DNA from: Agaricicola taiwanensis | GTDB lineage: Bacteria > Pseudomonadota > Alphaproteobacteria > Rhizobiales > Methylopilaceae | Direction of reading: 5' to 3' | Length of the DNA stretch: 47,748 nt | Assembly (NCBI GenBank): GCA_040394255.1 | Contig: JBEBSP010000001.1 | Location: forward strand, 1 to 47,748 | Shown: positions 26,779-35,769 of the stretch, in pieces | Layout: each line of letters opens with the position of its first letter | Position numbering within the stretch: the first letter of the stretch is position 1 | The notes under the pieces: generated by a model | Databases searched by the model: none | What the model was told of the DNA's origin: nothing | What the model saw: the letters and a program-made list of their open reading frames with translations, nothing else | Made by a program: the position numbers and the translations under genes

Positions 26779-28722
26779 ATGGGAAAATTGCTCGGTCTCT
26801 TCAGGGTCGACACCGATAACCCTGACCTTCTGAGAGCGCAGGTCGCCGCCTTTTCACGGCAGATGCCGCTGCTCTATTTCATCCTGATGGTCAACGCCTC
26901 GGCGCTCTCCTACACGCATTATGCCGTCGCCCCGCTCTATATGACGGTGTTGATCCCCGCACCCCTGATGGTCTTGAGCATCGTCCGTGCCCTGTGGTGG
27001 TACAGGGTCGTCCCGGAGCGCATGACCGACCGCCAGCTCGGCGACTGCCTGAAGGCAACCGTCCGGCTCGCGGGCGGCCTCAGCACCATCTTCTTTTTCT
27101 GGGCCCTGTCGCTGTATCCGTTCGGCGATGACCGCATGCAGGGGCACGTCACCTTCTTCGTCGGCCTGACGATGATAAGCTGCATCTTCTGCATGCTGCA
27201 TGTGCGCGCCGTCGCGCTCGTGACCACGCTGGCCGTCAGCGTTCCCTTCACGATCTTCATGTTCGCCACCCAGCAGAAAACCCACATGGCGATCGGTCTC
27301 AACGTGACGCTCGTGGTCGTCACGATGACCTACATCCTGATGATCATCTCGAACGATTTCGAACGCATGATCAACAGCCAGGCCGAAACCAAGCGGCTGA
27401 GCGATGAAAACGCCAAGCTGGCCAACATCGACAGCCTCACGGGCCTGCCGAACCGCCGCCAGTTCTTCAGCCAGTTGAACACCGTGGTGGCGGAAAACAC
27501 CGCGCGTTCGAAGCGCTTCGCGATCGGGGTGCTGGACCTGGACGGCTTCAAGCCAGTGAACGACCTTTATGGGCACGTCGCAGGCGACGCCGTCCTGACC
27601 GAAACCGGACGGCGGCTTCAGAGCCTGGCGGGGGACGATGTCTTCGTGGCGCGCCTTGGCGGCGATGAGTTCGGCATCATCATGAACGACATCGAGGATG
27701 CTTCCCTTATTCCCTTCGGTGAGGATGTCTGCACGGCCTTGAAACTCCCCTTCACCCTGTCCAGCGGGGTCGCGCATGTTTCGGCCTCGATCGGCTTTGC
27801 GGTGTTTCCCGATGCCGCCCCGTCCGCCGAGCTGCTGTTCGAGCGGGCCGACTATGCGCTCTACAACGCCAAGAACGAGCAGCGTGGGCGGACGGTCATC
27901 TTCTCACAGGCCCATGAAGACGAGATCCGCAATCAGGGGCTTGTGGAGCAATGCCTTCGTCATGCCGATCTGGAGGCGGAGATGTCGCTGCATTTCCAGC
28001 CGTTGATCGACACCGCGCAAGACAAGCTGATCGGCTTCGAGGCCCTCGCCCGCTGGCAGAGCGTGGAACTGGGGTTCGTGCCTCCCTATGTCTTCATCGA
28101 GGTGGCCGAGCGCACGGACATCATCAACAAGCTGACACAGGTCCTGCTCGGCAAGGCGCTGGCGGAAGCCCTGACCTGGCCGGAGCATCTCCGCATCTCG
28201 TTCAATCTGTCCGCGCGTGACATCATGTCGTCGGAGGCGATCCTCCAGATCATCGCCATCGTCAATCGCAGCGGCATCGCGCCAAGCCGGATCACGTTCG
28301 AGGTGACGGAAAGCTCGATGATGAACGACTTCACCCAGGCCAGGGACGCCTTGCGGACCCTGAAGGCGCTCGGCGCCAAAATATCCCTCGACGATTTCGG
28401 GACAGGCTATTCGAGCCTGAGCCATGTTCACCGCCTGCCGCTCGACAGCATCAAGGTCGATCGCGGGTTCATCCTCGACATCGAAACCCGCGCGTCCGGC
28501 CGCAAGCTGGTGAAAAGCGTGCTGGACATGTGCCACAACCTCGACATCAACTGCGTGGTCGAGGGCATGGAAAGCGCGGAACAGGTGCGCATACTCCACG
28601 GTCTGGGATGCACCACCATGCAGGGTTATTACTTTTCAAAACCCATCCCGAGCGAGCGGGTGCCGGATTTCCTGTCCCAGGATACATGGGCCGCCAAGAG
28701 CCTGCTCGCGCGTACCGGGTGA
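26779..28722 (+). CDS. membrane-bound GGDEF-EAL protein
   Basis: About six TM segments, then GGDEF, EALARW, DDFGTGYSSL and VVEGME, all intact. Confidence 0.93.
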   Translation: MGKLLGLFRVDTDNPDLLRAQVAAFSRQMPLLYFILMVNASALSYTHYAVAPLYMTVLIPAPLMVLSIVRALWWYRVVPERMTDRQLGDCLKATVRLAGGLSTIFFFWALSLYPFGDDRMQGHVTFFVGLTMISCIFCMLHVRAVALVTTLAVSVPFTIFMFATQQKTHMAIGLNVTLVVVTMTYILMIISNDFERMINSQAETKRLSDENAKLANIDSLTGLPNRRQFFSQLNTVVAENTARSKRFAIGVLDLDGFKPVNDLYGHVAGDAVLTETGRRLQSLAGDDVFVARLGGDEFGIIMNDIEDASLIPFGEDVCTALKLPFTLSSGVAHVSASIGFAVFPDAAPSAELLFERADYALYNAKNEQRGRTVIFSQAHEDEIRNQGLVEQCLRHADLEAEMSLHFQPLIDTAQDKLIGFEALARWQSVELGFVPPYVFIEVAERTDIINKLTQVLLGKALAEALTWPEHLRISFNLSARDIMSSEAILQIIAIVNRSGIAPSRITFEVTESSMMNDFTQARDALRTLKALGAKISLDDFGTGYSSLSHVHRLPLDSIKVDRGFILDIETRASGRKLVKSVLDMCHNLDINCVVEGMESAEQVRILHGLGCTTMQGYYFSKPIPSERVPDFLSQDTWAAKSLLARTG

Positions 28723-28741
28723 CGAACCGCCGTCCCCGCCT

Positions 28742-29719
28742 TCAGAGCCACCGCCGCCATTTGAAGAAGACGTAGGGCAGGATCGCCGAGATCACCATCA
28801 TCACCAGGGCCATGGGATAGCCGAACCGCCATTCCAGCTCCGGCATGTGCGTGAAGTTCATGCCGTAGATCGAGGCGACCAGCGTCGGCGGCATCAGGAC
28901 CACCGCCACCACCGAGAACAGCTTGATGATGTCGTTCTGCTCGATGGAGACCATGCCGACCAGTGCGTCGAGCAGGAAGGTCACCTTGTTGCCCAGGAAG
29001 GCGGCGTAATCGTTGATCGACTGGACGTCGCGCTGGAGCATGCGCAGCTGGCCCTTGGCATCCTTGCCGGTCTTCAATCCCTCGATCTCGGCGGACAGGA
29101 AGGTGATGACCCGCGACACCGTCACCAGGCTTTCACGTGCCTTCGACAGGAGGTCGTCCTTGCGGCCGAGGGATTTCAGCAGCACCTGATAGCTTTTCTT
29201 GCGCGAGACGCGTTCGGCCTCGCGATCGAAGATGCGCGCCGAAACCCTGTCGATGTCGGCCCCGACGTATTCGATGACGTCGGCGGTGCGGTCGACCACG
29301 GTTTCCAGCAGGCCGAGCAGCACGCCCTGGGCGGTCGCGGGGCTGCCGGAGGCCTTGCAGGCGCGGGCCGCGAACATGGGGAAGGCGCGCGGCTCGTCGT
29401 AGCGCACGGTGACCAGATGCCCGGCCGCGAGGATGAAGGTCACGTTGGTGGTGAAGGGCCGCTCGGTGTCGGACCCGCAGATCAGGGTCGCGGTCATGTA
29501 GCGCGCGCCGTTCTCCACATAGACGCGGCTCGACACCTCGATCTCGGCCATTTCCTCGCGGGTGGGAACCGACACGCCGACGGCCGCCTCGACCAGACGG
29601 TCCTCCTCGGGCGTGGGCGCCATCAGATCGAGCCAGACCGCCTTCTCCGGCAGCGCGAGACCGGCCTCGATCTCCGCCCGTTCCAGTCCGGAAGGCCTGG
29701 CGGCATAGACGGTGAGCAT
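28742..29719 (-). CDS. corA: magnesium transporter CorA
   Basis: YGMNF and MPEL signatures with two C-terminal TM helices. Confidence 0.95.
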   Translation of the reverse strand: MLTVYAARPSGLERAEIEAGLALPEKAVWLDLMAPTPEEDRLVEAAVGVSVPTREEMAEIEVSSRVYVENGARYMTATLICGSDTERPFTTNVTFILAAGHLVTVRYDEPRAFPMFAARACKASGSPATAQGVLLGLLETVVDRTADVIEYVGADIDRVSARIFDREAERVSRKKSYQVLLKSLGRKDDLLSKARESLVTVSRVITFLSAEIEGLKTGKDAKGQLRMLQRDVQSINDYAAFLGNKVTFLLDALVGMVSIEQNDIIKLFSVVAVVLMPPTLVASIYGMNFTHMPELEWRFGYPMALVMMVISAILPYVFFKWRRWL

Positions 29720-29722
29720 GGA

Positions 29723-29971
29723 TCAGCCCGCGTCCAACGGAGTGGTTCCGGCGGCGGTACCGTCGGGCCCCTGCGTGATCTTCTCGACGCGCGCTTCGGC
29801 GTTCTTCAGCAGCGCCTCGCACTGGCGCTTCAGCGCCTCGCCGCGCTCGTAGAGCGTGATCGACTGGTCGAGCGCGACGTTGCCACGCTCGAGGTCGGAT
29901 ACGATCTTCTCAAGCTCCGCCAAAGCCTGCTCGAACGGCATGGCGGCGATGTCCTGCGGTTGTCCGGCCAT
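29723..29971 (-). CDS. xseB: exodeoxyribonuclease VII small subunit
   Basis: [29 protein letters not shown] motif. Confidence 0.96.
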   Translation of the reverse strand: MAGQPQDIAAMPFEQALAELEKIVSDLERGNVALDQSITLYERGEALKRQCEALLKNAEARVEKITQGPDGTAAGTTPLDAG

Positions 29972-29988
29972 GGTCTGTCTCCCGTGTT

Positions 29989-30083
29989 CAGAGCATACCC
30001 GGTTTCACCGGACATGCTTCAGCTCTTTGCTTTGGCGCATTTTCTCGATGCAAAATCGGAATCCACTTTTGCTGAAAATGCTA
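29989..30083. repeat. RIME/Bru-RS-like double-hairpin intergenic element
   Basis: Hairpin 1 AGCAT..CCGGT/ACCGG..ATGCT, a CTCTTTGCTTTGG linker, and hairpin 2 GCATTTTC..GCAAAA/TTTTGC..GAAAATGC. Resembles rhizobial/Brucella palindromic repeats as I recall them. Confidence 0.65.
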
Positions 30084-31010
30084 GCCGCGCATCAGCGCCG
30101 CCACATGGGCTGCCGCCGAGCGCGCGAGGCCGTCGAGGTCGTAGCCCCCTTCGAGCACGGAGACAACCCGTCCCCCCGCATGGGCGTCGGCGATCTCCAT
30201 CAGGCGCGTGGTCGCCCAGGCGAAATCCTCATCCACAAGATCCAGCCCGCCCAGAGGGTCCTGCCTATGCGCGTCGAAGCCGGCGGAGATCACCACCAGA
30301 TCGGGCCGAAACGATTCGACGGCGGGCAGGATGCGCGCCTCCATGACCTCGCGAAACTCCGCTCCGCCGTCTCCCATATGAAGGGGCGCGTTGACGATGG
30401 TGCCGTGGGTTCCCGTCTCGGATGCCGCGCCGGTGCCGGGATAGAGCGGCATCTGGTGGGTCGAGGCATAGAGCACGCTGGCGTCGTCCCAGAAGATGTC
30501 CTGCGTGCCGTTGCCGTGGTGGACGTCGAAATCCATGATGGCAACCCGCTCCGCGCCGTGCGCCCGCCGGGCATGGCGCGCGGCGATGGCGGCGTTGTTG
30601 AACAGGCAGAAGCCCATGGCGCGCTCCCGCTCGGCGTGGTGGCCCGGCGGGCGGATCGCGCAGAAGGCGTTCCGCACCCTGCCCGCCATGACATCGTCGA
30701 TCGCCAGGATCGCCGCGCCGACACCGCGCAGGGCGGCCTCCCAGCTTCCCGACGACATCACAGTGTCGGCGTCCAGATAGACCGACCCTTCGCGCGGCCG
30801 GGCGCTGTCCAACGCCTCCGCATAGGCAGGCGAATGCGCCAGCGTCACGCTCTCCAGGGGGGCGACAGGGGCCTCCCGCCGCACGAGGGGCGCAAAGCTT
30901 TCATCCTCGAACGCATGCATCAGGGCACGCAACCTGTCGGGCCGTTCAGGGTGTCCCGCGGGGGTCAGATGATCGAGGCAAGCGGAATGTGAAATCAGGA
31001 GCGTCGCCAT
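30081..31010 (-). CDS. histone deacetylase family amidohydrolase (AcuC/HdaH-like)
   Basis: HPERPDR, RPPGHHA, GFCLFNN, DFDVHHGNGT, SAGFDAH and LEGGY motifs. Confidence 0.96.
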   Translation of the reverse strand: MATLLISHSACLDHLTPAGHPERPDRLRALMHAFEDESFAPLVRREAPVAPLESVTLAHSPAYAEALDSARPREGSVYLDADTVMSSGSWEAALRGVGAAILAIDDVMAGRVRNAFCAIRPPGHHAERERAMGFCLFNNAAIAARHARRAHGAERVAIMDFDVHHGNGTQDIFWDDASVLYASTHQMPLYPGTGAASETGTHGTIVNAPLHMGDGGAEFREVMEARILPAVESFRPDLVVISAGFDAHRQDPLGGLDLVDEDFAWATTRLMEIADAHAGGRVVSVLEGGYDLDGLARSAAAHVAALMRG

Positions 31011-31081
31011 GACGCCGAGGAAACACCGGCCCCCGCATGATGTCCATGCCCCTGGCCAATCGGAAAATATTCCGCGCCGCC

Positions 31082-31110
31082 CTTGACGCGCCGCACATAA
31101 ACCCCTAGGT
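31082..31110 (+). promoter_or_regulatory. candidate RpoD promoter upstream of the csp gene
   Basis: CTTGAC-N17-CTAGGT versus the rhizobial consensus CTTGAC-N17-CTATAT. Confidence 0.55.
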
Positions 31111-31397
31111 GTAACGTACCCCAGCCAGACAGCAGGGCTTCGATAGGTGCGGTGCGTCGCCGCCACCGTCGATGTGAGCAGGTCAGGACGGATGTACTCC
31201 GACCACTCTTTCCCTCGGCAAAGTGACGTTTTGCCGGTTGGTCTGTCTGGGCGATCAATCAGGTTTTCGGCCTGCCTTGTCATACGCTCCCTGTTTTGGG
31301 CCGCGCTTTCAGGTCACTCCCCCAAAACTCGGATTGAGAACCGCGCCGCGCGATGGTCGTGCGCGCGCGGAATTAACGTATGACACTGGAGGGCATC

Positions 31398-31604
31398 ATG
31401 CCTGTTGGTACCGTGAAGTTCTACAATTCCCAGAAGGGCTATGGATTCATTCAGCCGGACAACGGCGGCGCGGACGTTTTCGTCCATGCGACCGCCGTCG
31501 AGGCCGCCGGCCTCTACAGCCTGAACGAAGGACAGAAAGTGTCCTTCGAAGTGGTCAGCGAGCGCGGCAAGACGAAGGCCGCCAGCCTTCAGGCCGTCGC
31601 CTGA
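31398..31604 (+). CDS. cold-shock protein (CspA family)
   Basis: RNP1 KGYGFI and RNP2 VFVH; GGAGG RBS. Confidence 0.96.
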   Translation: MPVGTVKFYNSQKGYGFIQPDNGGADVFVHATAVEAAGLYSLNEGQKVSFEVVSERGKTKAASLQAVA

Positions 31605-31626
31605 GCTTCACTCAGGCCTGAATCTG

Positions 31627-31654
31627 AAAAGCCCGGCCTCGCGCCGGGCTTTTT
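31627..31654. terminator. bidirectional intrinsic terminator
   Basis: AAAA-GCCCGGC-ctcgc-GCCGGGC-TTTTT between convergent genes. Confidence 0.9.
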
Positions 31655-31676
31655 GCTGTGCGACGGGCTTCCGGCG

Positions 31677-32861
31677 TCAGTGCGTCACCGGAAAGCTGAC
31701 GCTGAAACAGCCACCGCCTCCCGCCTTGCCGTAGTCGATGGCGCCGCCGAGCTGGGCCGCGGCGGCCGACAGGACCTTCATGCCCAGCCCCGCGCCGGCG
31801 TCGCCCGCGAAATCCTTCTGCAATCCGATGCCCTGATCGCAGACCGTGAGTTTGGCCGTGGCCCCAGACAGGCCGAATTCGACCTCGACGGTGCCGCGCC
31901 GCTCATCCGAATAGGCATGCTTGAAGGCATTGGCGATCAGCTCATTGGCCGCCAGCCCCAGCGCCATGACCTGGTTCGCCGGCAAGGCGATGTCGTCGGC
32001 GGTCACGTTCAGCGCCTCGACGGTCATGGGTCTCGTGTTGGCGAGATTGTCGCACAGGCCCTGCAGGAAAGCCGCGACCGGTATCCTGTCGGACTGCGCC
32101 GTGCGGTGAAGCTGATCGTGGATGGTCGCAACCGCCATGACGCGGCTTCTGGCCTCGTCCAGCTGCCGCTTGACGGCCGCGTCGCCCGCGCGGCGGCCCT
32201 GCATCGCCAGGAAACTGGCGATGAGCTGGAGCGAGTTCTTCACGCGGTGATCGATCTCGCGGCGCAAAACCTCGTTCTGGTCCAGCAGGGCCCGCTGTTC
32301 GAGCAGGGTGTTCGCCAGCGAGGCGGTCACCTCGCGCTCGATCCGCAGCGCGCGGCGCAGCGCGAGCCGGGCGTTGACCTGGCGGGCCATCACACTCAAC
32401 AGCCGCAATTGCTCGTCGGTCAGGCTTCGCGGCTGGTAATCGAGCACACAGAGCGTTCCCAGCGGAAGGCCCTCCTCAGTCTCCAGGAGAGCGCCGGCGT
32501 AAAATCGCAGGCTGGGCTGGCTCGCCACCAGGGGATTGGTGCTGAACCGGCCGTCGAGCAGCATATCGGGCACCACCAGCAGATCCGATTGCAGAATGGT
32601 GTGCGCGCAGAACGATACATCCCGTGGCGTCTCGATTATGTCGGTGCCGACCGCCGCCTTGAACCATTGGCGGTTCTCGTCAACGAGCGTGATGAGCGAG
32701 ACCGGCGTTCCGCAAATCTTCGAGACGATGTCGACCACATCGTCGAAATCGCGCTCGCGAGGCGTATCGAGGATATCGAGTCTGTGCAGGGCTTCGAGGC
32801 GAAGCGCCTCATCAGGATGCAAGGGTGCCTTCACAGCGTCTCTCAGTTGTGGTCTTGCCAT
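31677..32861 (-). CDS. soluble GAF + HisKA_2 histidine kinase
   Basis: GAF (SFCAHTI...RFYAG...LGTLCVLD), H-box EIDHRVKNSLQ, NELIANAFKHA, DQGIG and GLGM motifs. Confidence 0.92.
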   Translation of the reverse strand: MARPQLRDAVKAPLHPDEALRLEALHRLDILDTPRERDFDDVVDIVSKICGTPVSLITLVDENRQWFKAAVGTDIIETPRDVSFCAHTILQSDLLVVPDMLLDGRFSTNPLVASQPSLRFYAGALLETEEGLPLGTLCVLDYQPRSLTDEQLRLLSVMARQVNARLALRRALRIEREVTASLANTLLEQRALLDQNEVLRREIDHRVKNSLQLIASFLAMQGRRAGDAAVKRQLDEARSRVMAVATIHDQLHRTAQSDRIPVAAFLQGLCDNLANTRPMTVEALNVTADDIALPANQVMALGLAANELIANAFKHAYSDERRGTVEVEFGLSGATAKLTVCDQGIGLQKDFAGDAGAGLGMKVLSAAAAQLGGAIDYGKAGGGGCFSVSFPVTH

Positions 32862-32928
32862 CGGGGCAGATGCGCGGCGGGGCCACCGCCCGCCGTCAGG
32901 AAGAGCCCCAACCTAGCGCAAATTAGTG

Positions 32929-33792
32929 TCAGATGCTCCCGGAATCCAATGGTACCGGCGCCACGCTGTCGTCGGTAACGAAAAAATCGACCTGAAGCGG
33001 TTGTGTCGGGTCGACTCGGTAGCGCTCGAAATCGGTCGCGCCTTCCTCCGCGAGGAAGGTGTCATCGATGATGAACCGGCCGGTGAACTCGCGCGACGGC
33101 TTGCGGAATATCCGATGGGCAGCATCGGCGAGGATGTCCGGCTTGCGCGAGCGCCGGACAATCACTTCCCCCCCCAGCAGATTGCGCACGGCGGAGGTGT
33201 CGATGGTGGTGCGTGGCCAGAGCGCGTTGACGGCGATCCCCTGGCCGCGCAGTTCCCCGGCCAGGCCGAGCACGACGAGGCTCATGCCGAACTTGGCCAT
33301 GGAATAGGCCAGATGGGGCGCGAACCATTTCTCCTTCATGTCCAGCGGGGGCGAAAGCGTCAGGATGTGAGGGTTTTCGCTTCTGGCCAGATGCGGGATC
33401 GCCAGCTTGGACACGAGGAAGGTCGCCCGCGCGTTGACCTGGTGCATCAGGTCGAAGCGCTTCATGTCGATCTGGCTGGTGCGCGCAAGGTTGATGGCGC
33501 TGGCGTTGTTGAGCACGATGTCCAGACCGCCGAAGGTCTCGACCGTTTTCTCGATCGCCGCCGCGACGCTCGCGTCGTCACGCACATCCACCACCAACGG
33601 CAGCGCCTTGCCGCCCGCCGCTTCGATCTCCTCCGCTGCGGAATAGATCGTGCCGGGCAATTTCGGGTGCGGCTCGGTGGTTTTGGCCGCGATCACCACA
33701 TTGGCGCCATCGGCGGCGCAGCGTTTGGCAATGGCAAGGCCAATGCCTCGTGAGCCGCCGGTGACGAAGAGTGTTTTTCCTGCGAGCGACAT
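32929..33792 (-). CDS. SDR oxidoreductase, HSDL2-like
   Basis: TGGSRGIG, HPKLPGTI, NNASAI, YSMAK and NALWPRT motifs. Confidence 0.9.
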   Translation of the reverse strand: MSLAGKTLFVTGGSRGIGLAIAKRCAADGANVVIAAKTTEPHPKLPGTIYSAAEEIEAAGGKALPLVVDVRDDASVAAAIEKTVETFGGLDIVLNNASAINLARTSQIDMKRFDLMHQVNARATFLVSKLAIPHLARSENPHILTLSPPLDMKEKWFAPHLAYSMAKFGMSLVVLGLAGELRGQGIAVNALWPRTTIDTSAVRNLLGGEVIVRRSRKPDILADAAHRIFRKPSREFTGRFIIDDTFLAEEGATDFERYRVDPTQPLQVDFFVTDDSVAPVPLDSGSI

Positions 33793-33876
33793 GGACCCGT
33801 CCTTTCGAAACCTGCCCCGAGAGTGACAGACTTTCCGGGCCGGGTCATGTACCGCTGTGGCGGGCGGCGCCCTTTC

Positions 33877-35145
33877 TCAGCTGATGAAGAAGTGCTGCGT
33901 GCCGTGAGCCTCGATGGCCCCCGCCAGACGCGACAGCGCGTGGATGTAGGCCCCGGTGCGGCAGCTCACGCCCTTCTCCTGCGAGATCTGCCAGATGGCG
34001 CGACCCTCACGCTCCATGATCTCACGCAGGCGATCATGGACCTCGCCGAGCGTCCAGTAATAGCCCTGCCGGTTCTGCACCCATTCGAAATAGGACACCG
34101 TGACACCACCCGCATTGGCGAGGATGTCGGGCAGCACGATCACTTTACGGGCTTCGAGAATGGCGTCGGCCTCGGGCGTGATCGGACCGTTGGCCAGTTC
34201 GAGCACGATCTTCGCCTTCACGCCCTCCGCGTTGTCCTCACGGATCATGTTCTCCAGCGCCGCCGGGACCAGCAGATCGCATTCGACCGCCACGAGATCG
34301 TCCGGCGCCAGGTCCCCATGCCCGTGCGTCCCTGCCGTGCTTGCGACCGATTTCCCGTTCTGCTTGGCCGTGAACAGGCTGTCGAGGTCGAGCCCGTCGG
34401 CGGACTGCACCGCACCGGTGGAATCGGAAACGGCGACGATCTTGTGGCCATCGGAGGCAAGCAGGCGCGCGATGTGCTGACCGGCGTTGCCGAAGCCCTG
34501 GATCGCCACGCGCAGGCTGCCCTTCACGCCGATCTCGGCCGCAAGGTGCCGGACGAGGTAAAAGCCGCCGCGCGCGGTGGCGTCCTCGCGTCCGAGCGAT
34601 CCCCCCAGGGCGATGGGCTTGCCGGTGATGACCGCCGGAACGCTCTCACCGACGATCTGGGCGTATTCGTCGGCCATCCAGCCCATGATCATGGAGTTGG
34701 TGTAGACGTCGGGCGCCGGAATGTCGCGATCGGGTCCGATGATGCGCGCGAAAGCCTGGATGTAGGCGCGGGAGAGCCGCTCCAGCTCCGCCTTGGAAAG
34801 GCTGTGCGGGTCGACCTGTACGGCGCCCTTGCCGCCGCCGTAGGGCAGATTCATCACGGCGCATTTGAAGGTCATCCAGAAGGCCAGGGTCTCGGCCTCG
34901 TCGGCGTTGGCGTCGGGATGATAGCGGATACCGCCCTTGGTCGGCCCGCGCGTGTCGTCGTAGCGGCAACGCCAGGCCAGGAACGATTTTCGCGAACCAT
35001 CGTCCATACGGATCATCAAACGGACCTTCGTCGTCTCGCGCGGATATTTCAGCTTCTCGATCACATCGGGATCGATCTGAAGATGCTGGGCGGCCGTATC
35101 CAGGCGTATGAGTGCGAGATCGAGAAGGTTGTCCGAAGACATCAT
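33877..35145 (-). CDS. gdhA: Glu/Leu/Phe/Val dehydrogenase (glutamate dehydrogenase)
   Basis: KGGIRYHP, GGGKG, PAPDVYT, GFGNAG and NAGGVTVSYFEWVQN motifs. Confidence 0.9.
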   Translation of the reverse strand: MMSSDNLLDLALIRLDTAAQHLQIDPDVIEKLKYPRETTKVRLMIRMDDGSRKSFLAWRCRYDDTRGPTKGGIRYHPDANADEAETLAFWMTFKCAVMNLPYGGGKGAVQVDPHSLSKAELERLSRAYIQAFARIIGPDRDIPAPDVYTNSMIMGWMADEYAQIVGESVPAVITGKPIALGGSLGREDATARGGFYLVRHLAAEIGVKGSLRVAIQGFGNAGQHIARLLASDGHKIVAVSDSTGAVQSADGLDLDSLFTAKQNGKSVASTAGTHGHGDLAPDDLVAVECDLLVPAALENMIREDNAEGVKAKIVLELANGPITPEADAILEARKVIVLPDILANAGGVTVSYFEWVQNRQGYYWTLGEVHDRLREIMEREGRAIWQISQEKGVSCRTGAYIHALSRLAGAIEAHGTQHFFIS

Positions 35146-35372
35146 GACTCCTTAGGGTGATTCAAAAATGATGCAAGATGCTCAAAATCGCGGCATGGAT
35201 TGCATGACTTTTGCGCAGATTCAATCGCCGCACGGCGATTTTCTGCACCTTTGGAAGCCGGTTTTCCCCGTTCGGGGCTGGATTGCCACACAAATGAAAC
35301 AGGAATGATGTGGTGATCGCCCGCGCTTCGGGGCAGGATGCCGGGCATTCACAGGCTTGCCCGCTGTTCGAC

Positions 35373-35765
35373 ATGTGTTCCCTTCCCGCGTTTCTGCCCC
35401 CGATCGACATCACCTGTACCGATTTCCACAGACTGGTCAGCCTGAGCGGCGCCATCGCCGGGCGCGAGCCCCATCTGGCGACGTTCCTGTCCGGTGAAAT
35501 CGCCCGCGCCACCATTCGGGACGAATGGGATAAATCCGGCTATGTCAGCATGGAGTCGCTGGTGCGGTTCCGCGACAACGTGACCCGCGAGCAGCATTCC
35601 GCGCGCCTCGTCTACCCTAGGCAGGCGCTGAGCGAAGGCGACAGCCTCCTCTCGGTGCTGTCGTGGACCGGGGCTGCCCTTCTTGGACTGTCGGAAGGCC
35701 ATTCCATCGCCTGGCAGGCCGGCAATGGCCTCATGCGCTCCCTCACCGTGCTGAGGGTGGATTAA
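35373..35765 (+). CDS. Rnk/GreA-GreB C-terminal domain protein
   Basis: LPPI.IT..D..RL, L..EI.RA, LVYP and SVLS..GAALLGLSEG motifs. Confidence 0.8.
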   Translation: MCSLPAFLPPIDITCTDFHRLVSLSGAIAGREPHLATFLSGEIARATIRDEWDKSGYVSMESLVRFRDNVTREQHSARLVYPRQALSEGDSLLSVLSWTGAALLGLSEGHSIAWQAGNGLMRSLTVLRVD

Positions 35766-35769
35766 GGCT

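Noticed and set aside
31170-31210. SRP RNA (ffs), suggested by GGTCAGG
   Set aside because: It lacks the GRAA loop and GGAAGCAGC of helix 8. I saw no 6S or tmRNA hallmark either.
35200-35215. Sigma-54 promoter (TTGCATGACTTTTGCG)
   Set aside because: The invariant -24 GG is absent.
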